Of a stretch of DNA of 64,000 bases, positions 21,254 to 33,979 are shown one piece after another (the first letter of the stretch is position 1; every line of letters begins with the position of its first letter). Origin of the DNA: Monocercomonoides exilis PA203. Taxonomy: Eukaryota; Protista; Preaxostyla. The stretch is from positions 124,001 to 188,000 of the forward strand of contig LSRY02000067.1 in the NCBI GenBank assembly GCA_001643675.2, given 5' to 3'. Below the pieces are notes generated by a model. The model was not told where the DNA came from and made no database searches. It saw only the letters and a list, made by a program, of their open reading frames with translations. The translations under genes and the position numbers were made by a program.

Positions 21254-24200
21254 TCACAACTCGTCCAAAGGCGATTCCATTTCTCCCTCTAATTTCGCCT
21301 CGCGCAGTGCTCTTTTCGTGAGGGCAGCTGCCAGCACAACAAACGGATGAAGAGAACCCAGCACCCCAAGCAGCATTTTCTTCGCCAGATCGCTCGAATT
21401 TGTCACAAACGACGCAAACAGCGACTTGAACGACATCAAAAGCCCTTCATACTCCTCCTTCATCTCCAAACATTCTGCACTCTTCAAATGGCTGCTGTCA
21501 AACAGTTCGTCAAGCAGAAAGAACAAAACTCGCATCGGATAGCTCAGCTTTTTGTTGGCGTGGCTCAGAAATAGTTTGCCATTTGCATTGCTTCCACTTC
21601 CCGTTGTCATATTGCCTTCATCACTTTCATCATCATCTTCTTCTTCATTGCCACAATCCTTTCCATTCCTCATTCGATTAGCAATATTCCATTCTTTGCA
21701 GCAGCAAAACCCTTTGAAAGGAACACCACATTTGCACATTCGCACTATCTGGAAGCAATTTTGAGATGAAAGCTGGCTTTTGCTTAGCACAAGAACTGCA
21801 TTCGTTTGGAAGAGATTTGACGAACTTTCACATTTTTTCTTTGAAATAGTGGAAGAGGAAGAGGAATAAAAATCAATCCAAGAATTTGAATGATTCTCAT
21901 TTTCTCTTCTCCTTCTTTCCTCCCTCTGCACAAGCGCTCCTCTTCTGAAGAACCTCCCGTCTTCAGCCATCTCCAACACACACTGTGCTCTGAAGAAGCT
22001 CAAGGCGCATGCACGCGACACCCCATCCTTCGAGAAAAGAAGCCGGAAATAAACAAGATGCAGCTGGCTCTCATACAAATCACTCACAAAATCGCTGATG
22101 AGCTTCTTCGCAAACAGAGTTCGGTTGATGTCACGTGTAGATTCTCTTCCAAACTCGACAGAAAACATTCTCTTTGCTCGTTTTAAAGACCTTTTGTGAT
22201 TCATCCTGTTTTCATTTGAATCAAATCTGCTAATTCCTTCTTTCTCTTCTTCTCCTTCCATTTCTTCTTCTTCCTCTTCCTCCTCCTCTTCATCATCACT
22301 CCTATAACTCCCTTCCTTCATCATCAACACAAGAATCGCAGTAATCATACACTTCACTTTCCCGTCTCTGCAATGCAACAGCCACCTCCCCATCTGCCTC
22401 AACACCCCTGCTGCCCCCAGAAGTGGACCCAGCGGGAGTGGAAGAAGCAGAGAAAGAATCTTCAGCCCAGAAATTGCTGCTTCTTTGCTGCCAACTTCGA
22501 GGCAATCGCTGACAATGCCCAGAAGCGTCAGAACCACTTTCTTCATCCCGTCGCCAATGCAGCTCAGGCGCTTGTAGCGGCGGAGGGTGAACAAGGAGAG
22601 GAAAAGAGCGTGTGTGGAGGAGGGAGTGAAGGATAGATGATGAAATGAAGGAGAAGTTGAAGAAGAAGATCCAAATCCAGAAACTCTTTTTGAAATCTGA
22701 TTCATTTTGGATTCTTTTTCTTTTCTTTTCCATTTTCCTTCATCATCATCATCTTCTTCCTCTTCTTCTTCTGCACAAAACCTATTCAACCGCGTTGAAT
22801 GTGACTGCCTCTTATACAAATCTACCACACCCTCATAAAACGTGCATTCGTTTATTCTCTCTCTCACATACTCACTCTTCAGAAGAGAATGAAGTGCCCT
22901 CAAAACAGAAAGAGAGGCAGATTCCACAAAATCGGACTCAAAATCAGAGCTTGTCGAGCTTATTTTGTGGATTTCTTTTGATTTTTGATGTTTTTCTTGG
23001 CATTTTTGATTTTTAATGAAATCATATTTGTCTTCTTCTTCTTCCTCCTCTTCTTCTTCCTCCTCCTCATCATCGTCTTCATCTACATCCTCATCAAATT
23101 TCTCATCTTCCTCCTTTTTCTCGTCCTTCTCTTTCCCTTTCCTTTTCTCCTTTCCCCTCTCCTTCTCCCTCTTTTCCTTCTCCTCCCTCTTCTTCTTCGC
23201 CTTCCTCATCTTCTCCTTCAACTTCTTTATCCCTTCCACTTCATCAAACCCTTCCAAATCTCTTCCTTTTGCCCCAATCATTCGCCATCTGTCTATCAAA
23301 TGCCTTGCAATCCCCAAAAACGGCTCAAACATTCCGTTGTTGAAGAAGTTAATGCGCTCTTTTGTGTCTCCAGAGAAGGAGAGACGGATGGAACGGGAAG
23401 AAGAAGAAGATGATGATGATAAAGAAGAAGAAGATGATGATGATGAAGTTTTTGAAGAACAAATAGAAGAAGAAGAGGAAGAAGAAGAAGGTTGTGAAGA
23501 AGAATGAGAAGAAGAAACTTTTGAAGAAGAAGAAGAAGAATAAGAATAAGAACGAGAAGAAGAAGATGATGATGAATATACAGCATCATCAGTTTGAGTT
23601 GCAGTTGCTGTTGCAGTTGCAATTTCATCAGCATCACAACAAGAATCAGAACTAACCACATCCATCAGAATATCGTCCCAATGCCTTCCGAAGAAGAACT
23701 CGCGATAATAATGTTTCTTCTTTTTCTTCTTCTTCTGAGAAAGCAATGAAACTTTGCTTGTTTTCACTTTTTGTTGTTTTTTGTGGGAATTTTTGGAATT
23801 TTTGAAATTTTTGGGGAAAATTTGATTGAAATTGAACGAATTGGTTATTTCATCTTCGGATGATGATTGATCAAGTGATAATGAATGTACATTTTGTTCT
23901 TGTTCTTCTTCTTCTTCTATTCCATCTTTTTCTTCTACTTCTTCTTCAGAAGAAGAAGAAGAACATTCGCTTTCACTATCATCATCTTCTTCCTCTTCCT
24001 CTTCCTCTTCCTCTTCATCATCATTTTCTTCTCTTTCTCCTTCTTCCCTTTCCTCTTCTTCTTCCACATCCTCCTCCTCCTCATCATCATCTGCAAGAAG
24101 CAATTCAAAAGCCAGCAAAACACAAGTCAAAAATCTCCAAGTGAAAAATGTGTTTGAAAAGATGACATGAGAAGAAACGGAAGATTGCTCAACAAAAGAG

Positions 24201-24624
24201 AGCAGAGAAAGAGGATTTTGGAGGAAAAGAGAGGAAGAAATGGAGGTGAGGGAGGAGAGGGAAGAGGAAGAGTAAGAGGAAGAGGAGGAAGAAGAAGATG
24301 ATGATGGAGAAGACAATGGAGAAAGATTTGAATGTTTTTCTGCTGTTGATGATGATTTTGTTGAAGAAGAAGAATTAGAAAAAAGAGAAGAAGGAATTTT
24401 ATAAGTTTCAATATCTTCTTCTTCTTCTCTTTCTTTTCCTTCTCTTTCTCTTTCTCTTTCTTCTTCTTCTTCTTCTTCTCCAAATATAATTCCCTTTGAA
24501 TGTTTCACAAACATTTCTGAATAAGATTTGCCTGTGACAACACGAATGGGAGAAGAAAGAGAAGAAATAATTGAAGAAGAAGAGGAAGAAGAGGAAGAGG
24601 AAGAAGAGGAAGAGGAAGAGGAAG

Positions 24625-24656
<32 letters not shown>

Positions 24657-27600
24657 GAAGTAGAAGGAGAAGGAGAAGGAGAATTAAATGAAGAATACGA
24701 TGATGATGATGATGATGATGAAGGAGGAAGAGAAGGAGAAGAAGAAGATAGAGAAGGAGAAAACGAAGAGGAAGAAGAAGAGGGAAAAGAAAGCGATGAT
24801 GGAGAAATAATTGAGGAAGGAGAAGAAGAAGAAAATGATGACGATGACGATGAAAAAGAAGGCAAAGAAGAAGAAGAAGCAAGAAGCAGAGGAGTATTAG
24901 AAGAAGAAAATGAAGAATTTTCTGGTTTTTTGACTGAAGTTGCATGAGACGTTCGATTGAAGCAATACAAATCATCAAAATCTTCTTCATCAAATTCTTT
25001 TTCTTCTTTTTTCATTTCTTCTTTTTCTTTTTTCATTGTTATTTCTTCTTTTGGTTTTTCCTCTTTTTTCTTTTTTTCTTTTATTTTATCTTCTTTTTCT
25101 ATTGTTTTCCCTTCAAAATCTTTGTTTTTATTTGTATTTGAAAGAGAAGAGGAAGAAGAAGAAGAAGAAATAGAACGATTAGGAAGAAGAGGAGGAGGAG
25201 GAAATAAAGTTGTAGTAGTAGTAGTAGTAGAAGAAGAAGAAACAGAAGAAGAAGAAGAAAGAAGAAGAGGAGTATTAGAAGAACAATTAGAAAGTGTTTG
25301 AGAAGAAGAAGAAAGAGAAGAAGAAGAAGAAGAATTTGAATTAAAAACTTCGTTTTGTTTGTTTTTATTGCTTGAAATGGAAGAAAATGTTATTTTTGAA
25401 GAAGAAGAAGAAGAAGAAGAAGAAGAAGAAGAAGAAGAAGAAGAAGAAGAAAAGGAAGAAGAAAAGGAAGAAGAAAAGGAAGAAGAAGAAGAAGAAGAAT
25501 TTGAAGATTTCATAGAAAGAAGAGGAGTATTAGAAGAATAAGGAAGAGAAGAGGAAGAAGAAAAAGGCAATAAATCAGAAGAAAGAGAAGAAGAAGAAGA
25601 AGAAGAAGAAGAATTTAATGAAGAATTTAATGAAGAAGGAGAAAGAGAAGGAGAAGAAGAATTAAATAAAGGAGAAGAAGAAGAAGAAGAAGCAATATTT
25701 TCTGATTTATTTATGGTTATTTCATTGTTTTTTCCTTCTTCTGTTTGTTTGTTTTCATTCGTTTGAATTGTCTTGTGTGACTTTTTGGGAGAAAAGAGAC
25801 GAAAAAGATTGAATGGAGAAGAAGAAGAGGAGGAAGAAGAATTTGAAGAAAGAGAAGAAGAAGATGGAGAGGAGGAGGAAGAAAAGGGAGAAGAAGAAGA
25901 AGATGATGATGATGAATTAAAAAATGAAGTTTTTGAAGAAGAATTAAAAGAAGAAGAAGAATTCGAATTTTTATTCCCACAATTAATCTCTTTCATATCA
26001 ACAAATGTTGTATGAACACGAATATCGTCTGAAAAGGGGAATAAAACAGAAGACGGCTTATTTTCCATGTTTTGCTGCTCCAAAATAGGAAGTGGAGAAA
26101 TATTATTTTTATTTTTGTTATTTTTGTTATTCTTTTCTTCTTCCTTTTCTTCTTGTTTAGAGTTAAATAATGGTTGGATAATGTTTATTGGAGAAGAATT
26201 GGAAGAAGAAGGAGAAGAAGGAGAAGAAGAATTGGAAGAAAGGGAAGGAGAAGAAAGAGAAGGAGAAAGAGGATTTGAAGAAGAATTCGAATTATTAACA
26301 ACATCAGCATTATTCTTTATATTTCTTTCGTCTCTTTCATTTATTTCTTGTATTTCTTGTATTTCTTGTATTTTCTTCATCTTTTCTTCCATCTTCTTCA
26401 AATAAACAGGAGAAGAAAGAGAAAGAGAAGAAGAAGAAGAAGCCATATTAGTAGCAATGGGACTCAAAAACACACGATTTTTGGTAGGAGAAAGATTAAC
26501 TCGGTTTTCATAGGAATTCATGGGGATTGGATTGAAATTGAGAGAATTGGAAGAAAGAGAAGAAAGAAAGGGAGAAAGAGAAAGAGAAGAAGAATTAGAA
26601 AAAGAAGAAGAAGAAGAAGAAATATTATTATTATTATTCCCATTTTTTTCTTTTTTCTTGTTAGCTTTCACAATTATCGCATCTTGCACAATAATTCCAT
26701 TCATTTCCGTGTTTTCTTCTTCCAATTTAGGCAACTGCCTCCCAAAAGAGAAAAATCGCTTAAAAAACCCAACTTTTTCGTGTTTTGTGCTCAAACTTAA
26801 TTCTTTTGCTTTGTTTTCTATTTGTCTTCTTCTTCTTTGAATTTCTTCTTCATTTCCTTTTCTTTCTCTTTCTCTCTTTTCTATTGAAAATTCCTTTCTT
26901 CTCACTTCAATAACTTCATTTTCATCATCATCTTCTTCTTTCTTCTTTCTCTCTCTTTTTCCTTTCCCTTCTTTCTTTTCCCTCATCTCCTTCATCTTCT
27001 CTTGAAATCTCAAATTCAGCATGTTTCGCGCTTCCAATTTAGTCACCCAGTCAAAAACAGCTTTTGGGTGTGTTTTTGTAATGAAAATATGAACATATTT
27101 TATTAATTGTGGTTGGAGATCTAAAGATAGAGAAGAAGAAGAAGAAGAAAGAGAAGAAGAAAGAGAAGAAGAAGAAATATTGCTCTTCATATTTCTTCTA
27201 CAATTATTTTCTTTCTCCTTCTTCTCCTTCATCATCATCATCATCATTAGCTTCATATTCTTCTTCACATCATTTTTATTCTTCTCTTCTTTCTCCTTCT
27301 CCTTCTCTTTCTCCTTCTTCTCCATCCAATCCATAATCATTCTAAATCTAAAAGAAGGGATATAAGCAGGATTGGCTATGAAAAGAGAGAGAGGAGAAGA
27401 AAGACCCAAAGAAAGAGAACATTTGAGAGAGGAAGAAGAAGGAAGGGAGAAGAGAAGAAGAGAATTAAATGAGGAGGAGGAGGAGGAGGAGGAGGAGGAG
27501 GAGGAAGAAGAAGAAGAAGAAGAAGAAGAAGAAATGGAAGATTTAAATGAAGAGAAGGAAGAAGAAAGTGAAGAAGATAATGACAATGAAGAAGATAATG

Positions 27601-30600
27601 AAGGAGGAAAAGATGAAGACGAAGAAGAAGAAGAAGAAGAAGATTTAATAGAAGAAGAATGAAAACGAGAAGGAGAAGAAGAAGAATTAAATGAAGAAAG
27701 AGAAGGAGAAGAAGAGAAAGAAGAAGAAGAAGAATTATCTTCAATTTTTGATAGGAAAGAGAGAACAAGAGGGTGAACAATGAAATGAGTGGGAAAAGAA
27801 TATATTTTGGTTGAGGAAATTTTGGGTTTGTATTTGAGAAGAGGAGAAAGATGGAGAAGAAGAGAAGAAGAAGAAGAAGAAGAAGAAGAAGAAGAATTTA
27901 ATGAAGATTTTGATGAAAGAGAAGAAGAAAGAGAAGAAAGAGAAGAGGAAGAAGAAGAAGAAAACAGATTTTTAGTTCTATTTTTGAATGGAGAAGTAAT
28001 AGCTGACACAAAATGAGGTATTATTTCATTTTCTTCATCGTCTTCTTCTTCTTCTTCTTCTTCTCTTTCTCTTTCTCTTTCTCTTTCTCTTTCTCTTTCT
28101 CTTTCTCTTTCTCTTTCTTCTTCATTTTCTTCTTCTCTTTCTTTCTTAATTTTCCTATCATTTTTATTCTTTTCATTCATTTTCCTATTAAAAGAAGAAG
28201 AAGAAGAAGAATTAGAAGTTAAATGAGAACACATAATATCAACAGGAGAAAGAGGTTCATTACAAATCAAAGAAATTGGAGTATTTTTGATTGATGAAGA
28301 AGAACAAAAATTCATTTCCTTTTCCTTTTCCTTTTCATTTCTTTTCTCTTTCTTCTCTTTCTCTTCTTCTTCTTCATTTACAACAAACTGAATAGAAGAC
28401 AAGCTAAAATTCTTTCTCTTCTTCTTGTTCTTCCATTTTGGATAAAATCGACTCAAAATCGCTTCCTGAAAGGGGGAAATATCATTTGTGATGGGAAGAG
28501 AATGAGAAGATATGATGGGGAGTATTTGATAGGAGTCTATTGAAGATGAAAGAGATGAAGAAGAAGAAGAAGAAGTCAAAGAAGAAGAAGAAATAGATTG
28601 AGAAGAGGAAGAAGAAGATGCTGATAATGATGTGGAATTAGACAGAGAAGAAGAGGAAGAGGAAGAGGAAGAGGAAGAAGAGGAAGGAGAAGGCGAAACG
28701 GGGATTTTCACACAGCACTTCATCGCTTCCATTGCCATTTCCTCGTTTTCCAGCAGAATCAGATGCAGAAACACATTCTGTGGCAGTAAACTCGTCCGCT
28801 TCTGTGTTTCAATGCTCCTATTTTGTCCATTTCTGCATTCATTATTCTCGTTCTTCTTCTTCTTTTCCCTCAATCTTGCTTCTTTGTCGCTTCTCAAAGT
28901 AATTTGTTCAAATATATCCACATTTCGCCCGTTTTGCCAGCTGCGCTGGAAAATTCCGCATTTCAGTATTTTTTCCGGCGGGACAAACGGATGCGGAATA
29001 AATGTTGGGTCGGAGTTTTCATATTGATCATAATCATCATTATAATCATCATCATCATCATCATCAAAAACATCTAAATCATTTGAAGATATAGAAAAAG
29101 ATGAATTTTTGAAATTATCTTCTTTTGAGAAAGATAATTTTGGCTTTACTTCTTGTTTTAATGTTTGTATTTCTTTCAAATTCAAATTCAATTTTTCTGT
29201 TTTTTCTTTTTCTTTCAATATTCTATTTGATGGAGGTGTAGAAATAACAGAACTAAAATCAGTTGAATAATCAATTTCTTCTTTTTCTTCGTCTTTTTCT
29301 TTCTTTTCATTCATCTCCTTTTTCATCGACATTTCTTGTTTATTCTTCATTGAATCAAAGATTCTTTCTTTATTTGGTGTGACTTGCTTTTTATTCAATC
29401 CATATTCCATTTCTTTTCTTTTCTGTGAAATTTTCATTGGAGAAAATGTAGAAGAAGAAGATGTTAAAGAAATGTTTGAAGTAGAATAAGATTTCTTCAT
29501 CATTTTTTGTGATCTTAAATTTTTTTCCGTTTTATTTTGGGTCTGAAACGGGCGAAAGAGGGAATTATTGTCGGCAACTGTAGAAAATGCACTAACACCT
29601 CCAAATGCCTTCTCAGAAGTTGGAATTTCAGAAAGAGAAGAAAAAAGAGAAGAAGAAGAATGAAATGAAGAATGAAATGAAGGAGAATGAGAAGAAGAAT
29701 GAGAAGAAGAATGAGAAGAAGAATTTAATGAAGAAATAGAAGAAATAGAAGAGGAAGAAGAAGAAGATAATGATTTCAATGAAGAATGAGAAGTTCTATC
29801 AAAATCCACCATTTCTGAATCGTTTGAACAAATAGCTGCATTTTCAATTTGAAAATCTCTTTTTTCGATTTCTTCTTTATTTTCTTCTTCTTTTTCTTTA
29901 TTTTCTTTATTTTCATCTTTTTCTTTGAATTTTTCATTTTTCTCATTTTTCTCTTTATTTTCCTTCCCATTCAATTTATATTCCCTCAACTTCATCGCAA
30001 AGTTATTCACATTCGATTTCAATGAAAATTTTCTTCCTCCTCTTCTTCCTCTTTCTCTTTCTCTTCTCCTCCTTTTCTTTTCTTTCTCTCCTTCTTTCTC
30101 TCCTTCTTCTTCTCTTTCTTCTTCTCTTTCTTCTTTTCCTTCTTTTCCCTTCTCTTTCTCTTTTCTCACCAAAAATCCATAAAATGTTCTTTTTCCATTC
30201 AATTTTCGTATCAAAACTTTGTTTTTTGTGAGCGAAAACGAATTTTTTGTGGAAATCGCATAATTTTCAGAGGGAAGAAGATAAAAAAGAAGATGTGAAG
30301 AATTTTGAGAAGAAGAAGAAGAAGAAAATGAAGAAGAAATGGTAGAAAATGATGAAATTCTGGTTATTTCTTTATCTTTCTCTTCTTCTTTCTCTTCTTC
30401 CTTTAAATTTGAATAAGAATTTGAGTTTTCATTCCTATCTATTCGATCAGGAGACATAATAACGCAATCTTCTTCTTCACATTCTGTCTTCACAAGAGGT
30501 ATTCTTTCATAGCTTTTCTTCTCTTCTTTCTCTCTTTCTTTCTTTCTCTTTTCTTCTTCTTCTTTTCCTTCTCTTTCTCTCTCTTCTTCTCTTTCTCTCT

Positions 30601-33340
30601 CTTCTCTTCTCTCTCTCTTCTTCCTCGCTGTAAATCCAATCACTTTCATTCCATCCGATGAAAGCAACACATTTTCTATTTCTTCATCTTCTTTTATTTT
30701 CTTCCCATTAAATTTTAAAATCGAATAATTTTTGCCGGCAAATTTTTTTTCACAAAATAAATTTGTTTCTTCATCGTCAAATAGACCTAATTCAATCGCT
30801 GAAAATATTCTGTCTTCTTTTTTCATTCTTTTTATTGCTTCTTCTTCTTTAGTAAGATTTCTATTTCTTTCTCTTTCTCCTTCTTCCTCTATTTCATCTT
30901 CATCTTCATCATCATTTTCCTCTTCCTCATCCTCCTCTTCTTCTTCCTCCTCCTCTTCTTCTTCTATTTCTTGAACAGAAGATGATTGAGAAAGAGGCGA
31001 AAGAGAACGACACACAACACGCAAAGGAGCAGAAGAAGAACGAATTAATCTTTCATTCCTATCATTCCTATCATTTCTTCCCATTCTTCCTAATTTTTCA
31101 TTTATTTCTCTTCTTTCTCCTCTTTTATTTATTTCTTTTATTTCTTTTGTATCTTCTCTTCCTCTTCTTTCCGAATGAATTGGGCGAAATCTGCTATTTG
31201 GAGGAGAAATCAAATGATTTGTGGAAGGAGAGAAAGGAAAAGAAGAAGAAGAAGAAGAAGAACGAGAAGAAGAAGAATATGATGATGGTGATGGCGATGA
31301 ATTAAATGAAGATGAAGAAGAAAGAGAAGAAATATTCAAACTTCTTCCTTTTCGTGTGGAAGGGGAAGGAATTGTGGGCAGAGGAGAAGAAGGAGTCAAA
31401 TTCATTCCTCCAAATAGAAACATCATTGGCTGCTCTATTGGCTGTGTTAGAGAGGGAGAATAAAAAGAAGAAGAAGAAGATTTGGATGAAGGAGAAGAAG
31501 AAGAAGAAATTGAAGAAGATGATGATGATGAAATGGAAGGAAGAGGAGCAGAAGAAGAAGAAGGAGAAGAAGAAGAGTTTGAAGACGAATTTTGAGAAAT
31601 TAAAGCAAAATTCTCTTTATCCTTTCTATTTCTCTTCACATTCCATTTATCTTCTTCTTCTTCTTCCTTCTCCTCATTTTCATCATCAAATTCTGCTGTT
31701 CTTCTCAATATTTGCCTTTGTCTATCTGAAAGCTGATTATTCCCTTTTTCGCCCGTTTTCCCGAAAATGACAGGTTTTGGGCGCAAATCCACAGGAAATG
31801 ACATCTGCAGCTCCATCGGGGGCAGGCGGAGAGGGGATTTTTGCGTCTTCGGAGAAATAGAATTTCTCCGAAGAGAAGGAGAACGTGATGTTGATGTATT
31901 GATTTCACTATCTTTTTCTTTTTCATCTTTTATTGAATTATTTCTAACATTAGAACCAAATATTCTTGTTTCTTCTTCTTCACTATCTTCTTCTTCTTCC
32001 TCCTCTTCCTCTTCCTCTTCTTCCTCTTCTTCCTCTTCTTCCTCTTCTTCTCCTTTCACCTTCATCATTTCTCTTCTGTAGCGCATCCAAATTCTCTCTT
32101 TCTCTTCAAACGATTGGCGTGTGCTTTCGCGAAACAAAGCATCAACTGCCTTCACTGCTGCATCCATCAGAACTACCTCATTCTGAATGGAAATGGAAAA
32201 AAGGATAAAAATAAATTAAGTTAATAAATAAATAAAAGAAAATTAAATTAAATTAAATAAAATAAAATAAAATAAAAAAAGGAAATAAAAATATAGAATT
32301 CACAGGAGATGAATATAATTATTGAGAATGCGAAAAAATTAAAATTAAAAATTAAAAAAAAAAATAAAATAAAATAAAATAACTTTTTAATAAATGATTA
32401 AAATCAGAACGCAATAAAAACAAAGCAACTCTCCTGAAGTATATCACACCATATGGAACATAAACAGCTCTTTCCTCTGCGACAGCGTCGACCTGCGAAA
32501 TCCCAAATTGTGCATTGCTATCATCGTCCTCAGCTGATCACTCAATTCTTCCCGTCTTCGCGCCTCTTGGCTGTTTTCATTGGCATCTTCTGAACACTCC
32601 ACACCAAGCTCACAAAGTGTTTTTCGAAGCACTTTTTTAATAGAAGGGAATTTGGATGTTGTTGACACAGATAATGATGGTGGAACTTTAGACGATTCAA
32701 CGCCAAGCACAACATTACGCCCGCTCACTAAACGCTTCGACAACGGCTTGCTGCTTGGACTGAGAATTAACGTGCATGCCTCGGCAAATTTCATCAATGT
32801 GAATTGCGCAACACTCAAAACAACAGGAGTTATAGAAATAAGCGGTTGATCTGGAAAATCCATCCTTAGTGTCAAAATTTTCAATAGAGAAGGATATAAC
32901 GACTCGCAAAATTTAACAAGAGAAAACTAGTTAATAAAATAGAATGATTTAAAGAATAATTATCATTTTCAATTATTACAAATAAAAGAGATTCATACAG
33001 GGGTAATTGCTTCTGGCTCTGAACGATGTGTGAAAATATCTAAAAGATGAAAAGACACAATGTCGCGCAAAAATGCATCAATAAAAGCAAAATTTTCCAT
33101 TGAATTTGTTGAAATGATTGGTCTAAATAATTTTGCATTTTTTTGGGTTAACAGTTTTGTTGGCGGAAATAGAAGAGGCTCGATTCCAACTTTTACGGGA
33201 TTCCATTTTGTATCTCCATATGGGAAACGGAGTTTTCTCTGAATTGTTGAAGAAATGTGAATTGGCTTTCGAAAACTTGCTTTTGAATGATTATCTTGAC
33301 TTTCGGAAGCTTGAGATGATTGTTTATGAAATGATTTCAT
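21254..33340 (-). CDS. Giant (~3915 aa) poly-Ser/poly-Glu low-complexity protein with C-terminal ARM/HEAT-like helical islands
   Basis: Exons 33340-32999, 32926-32450, 32182-21254 with phase-0 GT-AG introns. The last exon is a ~10.9-kb open frame. Hydrophobic helical blocks such as KVVLTLLGIVSDCL...ISGLKILSLLL. Confidence 0.8.
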
Positions 33341-33535
33341 GATTTTGAAGAAAGAAAGTTGTTGTAATTATTGTTTGTACTTTAAAAAATTCAAACTATT
33401 TGACTGGACAGCATTTTTAAAAAAGGCACCCATAACGAATTTGTTTGGAGAAAAGTTTTAATTTGGATAAATATTTTTTGTTCATGATTTTTGTTCCGCA
33501 TAATATATTCGAATATGTTTCTCATTTTAATTTTT

Positions 33536-33568
<33 letters not shown>

Positions 33569-33979
33569 AAAAAAAAAGGGAATTTTAATTCTTCTTATGT
33601 ATTGTTTCTTGATAAAGCCAAGAATAAATTTTATAATTTAATAAAGACATCAGTGAAAAAAAAACGGTTTTGACGAAAAAACATCTATGAAAAACATGAA
33701 AGAGTTATCTTTTTGCAACGGCCACAATTCTCAAAAAATGAAGTATCAAATAAATCGTTCACTGAAAATAATACAAAATACAAAGGTTGCTAAAAAACAA
33801 ATAAATTAATTTCTGTCATAAAAGAAAAAAGAAAAAGAAAATAACAATCTATTAGAAATAACAAAACAAACAGAAAAGCTTTCTTCAATTCATCACATAA
33901 ATAAACAAATGTTGTTAATTTCTCCTTTTGTAAAAAATAATTCAGAAATTAAAAAAGAACCAAAATTCTCCTTTTCCCC

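Noticed and set aside
21347-32208. Numerous plus-strand and alternate-frame ORFs (poly-E, poly-L, poly-F, poly-R)
   Set aside because: Shadows of the GAA/TCT repeats of the giant minus-strand gene.
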